The translations under genes and the position numbers were made by a program. The notes under the pieces were generated by a model that had not been told where the DNA came from, made no database searches, and saw only the letters and a list, made by a program, of their open reading frames with translations. From Lophium mytilinum (taxonomy: Eukaryota): 64,000 bases of DNA. The DNA is taken from assembly GCA_010093605.1 (NCBI GenBank), contig MU004188.1, positions 1,305,673 to 1,369,672 on the forward strand. Reading direction: 5' to 3'. Shown in pieces: positions 61,709-64,000 of this stretch; positions within the stretch are counted from its first letter, which is position 1, and every line of letters starts with the position of its first letter.

Positions 61709-64000
61709 ATGCAACCCCAACATCCTCCCACGGAGGGTCGCCCTCTTTCGACAGACTCGACTGCACCCACCCTCACTTCGCGCCCCAAACCCTCAAACGT
61801 TGCTGTCCAGTCGTTCGCTGCCTTCCGCGCGCAGACTTCATCTATACCCGCACCCTCCCCTGTGCGCCGGAAGCCCTTACCTGCGAATGCCTCACCAATA
61901 GCCTCTCGATTCTCGTCAGCTGAATACACGGCCAGCCCTAGGCTCGTCGTTGAGAGTGGCTTTTCCAAGCGCTCCTTCTCCATTGACAGCCCGCCGCTGA
62001 AAGCGCCACCGCGTCTGGACACCATCCTCTCGCCGCCTGCGAGCAGCACTCAAGAGGACTTCTTGCCCAGAGACTTAGACAGGTAAGGCCTCCTCCATGA
62101 CCGCAAGTATCGCTGTATGTCACCGTGCTAATGGGCGCCTCGCCTTCTAGACATCCACACGGACACACGCCTTTAACAGCAGTCCCTCCCACTACATTGC
62201 CCATCTTAGCCGAACCTGCGCGGAGCAACCCCAAGTCTAATACTTTACAACGACCGCGGCACGACCGGGCGTTCAGTAGTTATCACACGGCACAAGGCTC
62301 GATATCCGAGGACGAAGAAGGCCAAGTCTCGCACTCGCGCTCTCCGACTATGCCCAATATGCCACTGTACACTACACAAACTCCCGCAGAAAGAGCAGAA
62401 TCACAGCCAAATCTTACATTACAGCTAGACGGCGTCACTTCAGACTTTCTAGACGACGATCCATACTCTCCCGGTCCCGACACCACTCAACACTCGAAGC
62501 CGAAGTCTCCCGGCGGCAACACCTTTGGCTCGTTCTTCGGCTGGACGAAGTCAGGACAACAGAACGGGGCCGCCTCCCCTACAACCACGATTTCAGACCG
62601 CTCGTTATCGCCAGCACACTCTCCCGCGTTATCGAGACATCAGATTGACGCCAATAATATGAACAAAGGGGCATTATCCGCACTTGATATTCCAATGGCC
62701 AATTCCACATACAATCCCAACTCTTATTTCAATGTTCCCGGAACACCCTTGTTCTCATCATCTCCTAGCATGAACGCCCACGTCGAAGAGCTCGAGCGGG
62801 AACTACGGGAAGTCAGCTCAGAGCTAGCTGAGTCGATAAGAAGGGAAATGGAGCTCGAGGATGAGGTTGAACGGTACAAGATCGAATCGTCCAACATGAC
62901 TTCGGACGTGAATCGAAGAACAAGCGACTACTACTCAGACTCCGGAGCTAGCTCTGTCAGATATCCCATAGGAGACAGTGAGGGCAAACTAGAAGAGGTG
63001 GAACGGTTACGAAGGAAGGCTGAGCAAGACCGTGCCCAGCTGAAGGTGTCAATGTCGGAACGACTTTCAGATGAACTTCGGAGACGCAGGGATCTGGAAG
63101 AGCAGGTGCAAAATCTAGAAGAGCAAGTCCACATCAAAGCCTCGCGAGGGCCTTCTCTCGATGAGAGTGGACGGGTAAGGGAGCTTGAAGGCTCCCTGGA
63201 AGATGCTCGGAGAAGACTTGCTGAAGAAAGACAGGTGAAAGAGAACTTCGAAGATTTATTGACCGCACTCCGTCAAGAGCTGGAGCAGCATCGAAACGAG
63301 AGAGACAACCTTCGAGACGAGATTGTGCCGCAATTGAAGGCCCGAGTAGAAGGACTAGAGGCAGAGTCATCTGAGGTCCAAACTCTCATATACGAGAGCA
63401 CTCGTATGCAACAAGAGATCCAAGCGCTGAGAAATGAAAACCAGACACTAGTAAATGCCCGAAGGATGCAACTAGAGCTCGCACAGCAACAACAACAGCA
63501 AAATCGCTTCAAGGCCATCGCTGAGGAAGCCGAGCCAATTGCAACAGCAGTGACACCCCGGATAGGACTATCAAGGTCGAACTCGCTTGCTCGCAGTTCT
63601 GCTTTCAACTCCAAGCGAGGCTCTCTCTCTCGATCCAACTCGGTCAAGGACAGACCCGCGGAAACAAAGCGAGACTCAACCCAGAATCCCCTAAAGGAGA
63701 TTGAGGAGCAAAGGGACGCCCTGCATCGTGCTTTGAAGAGTCTTTTGCACCGGCAAGAATACCAAGCCAAGGAGTATGAGAAGCGGATCAAGGCACTTGA
63801 GATGGAAAGGGACAACGCAATAAGCGTCACCCCGCGCCGTACCGCATTCCACACAGAGGTCAAGCATCTAAGAGATGAGGTTAACCATCTCCGACGTCGT
63901 GCTGATGATGCTCTCGAACAGAAGTGGCAATGTGAGAAGGGCTTGGGTGGTCTAAGAATGGATTTGGACCGTGCTCAACAGGAGACTAGTTCTCTTCGCG
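61709..64000 (+). CDS. Large coiled-coil protein (Uso1-like annotation family), 3' end beyond window
   Basis: Exon 1 to 62082, intron about 62083-62149 (GTAAGG...CTAAT...TAG). The open frame continues to the window end with EELERELREVSSELAESIRREMELEDEVE, RTSDYYSDSG and heptad-rich segments. Confidence 0.85.

Noticed and set aside
1..64000. tRNA, rRNA or snRNA genes
   Set aside because: None recognised by eye; GGTTCGA hits (about 36245 and 43373) lack cloverleaf context. tRNAscan-SE or Infernal would be needed to exclude them.

Overview
Eukaryotic, intron-containing DNA from a filamentous ascomycete (Pezizomycotina-like: short GT-AG introns with CTAAC/CTGAC branch points, Zn2Cys6, HET and CFEM genes). 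About 18 intact or partial protein-coding genes: kinesin, arrestin-like, DUF1446/AtuA, two Zn2Cys6 factors, TCAB1/Swt21-like WD40, PET8/SAM5 carrier, WDR48/Duf1-like WD40, CEF1, CFEM-GPI, PhyH dioxygenase, a 'gp1-like' protein, BTB-like, a methyltransferase, VPS37, two small putative mitochondrial proteins and a coiled-coil protein. There is also a heavily disabled zinc-finger + HET pseudogene. Non-genic structure read directly from the sequence: (i) a 125-bp near-perfect inverted repeat pair 16.2 kb apart, each copy between convergent genes, bracketing a possibly inverted or invertible block; (ii) a 227-bp TA-flanked Tc1/mariner-type MITE; (iii) a ~500-bp element with 62-bp inverted repeats; (iv) a degenerate 161-bp tandem array beside RIP-like DNA; (v) recurrent C-rich to G-rich skew flips inside genes. 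All calls come from reading the sequence by eye. No database searches were run and some exon edges are approximate.
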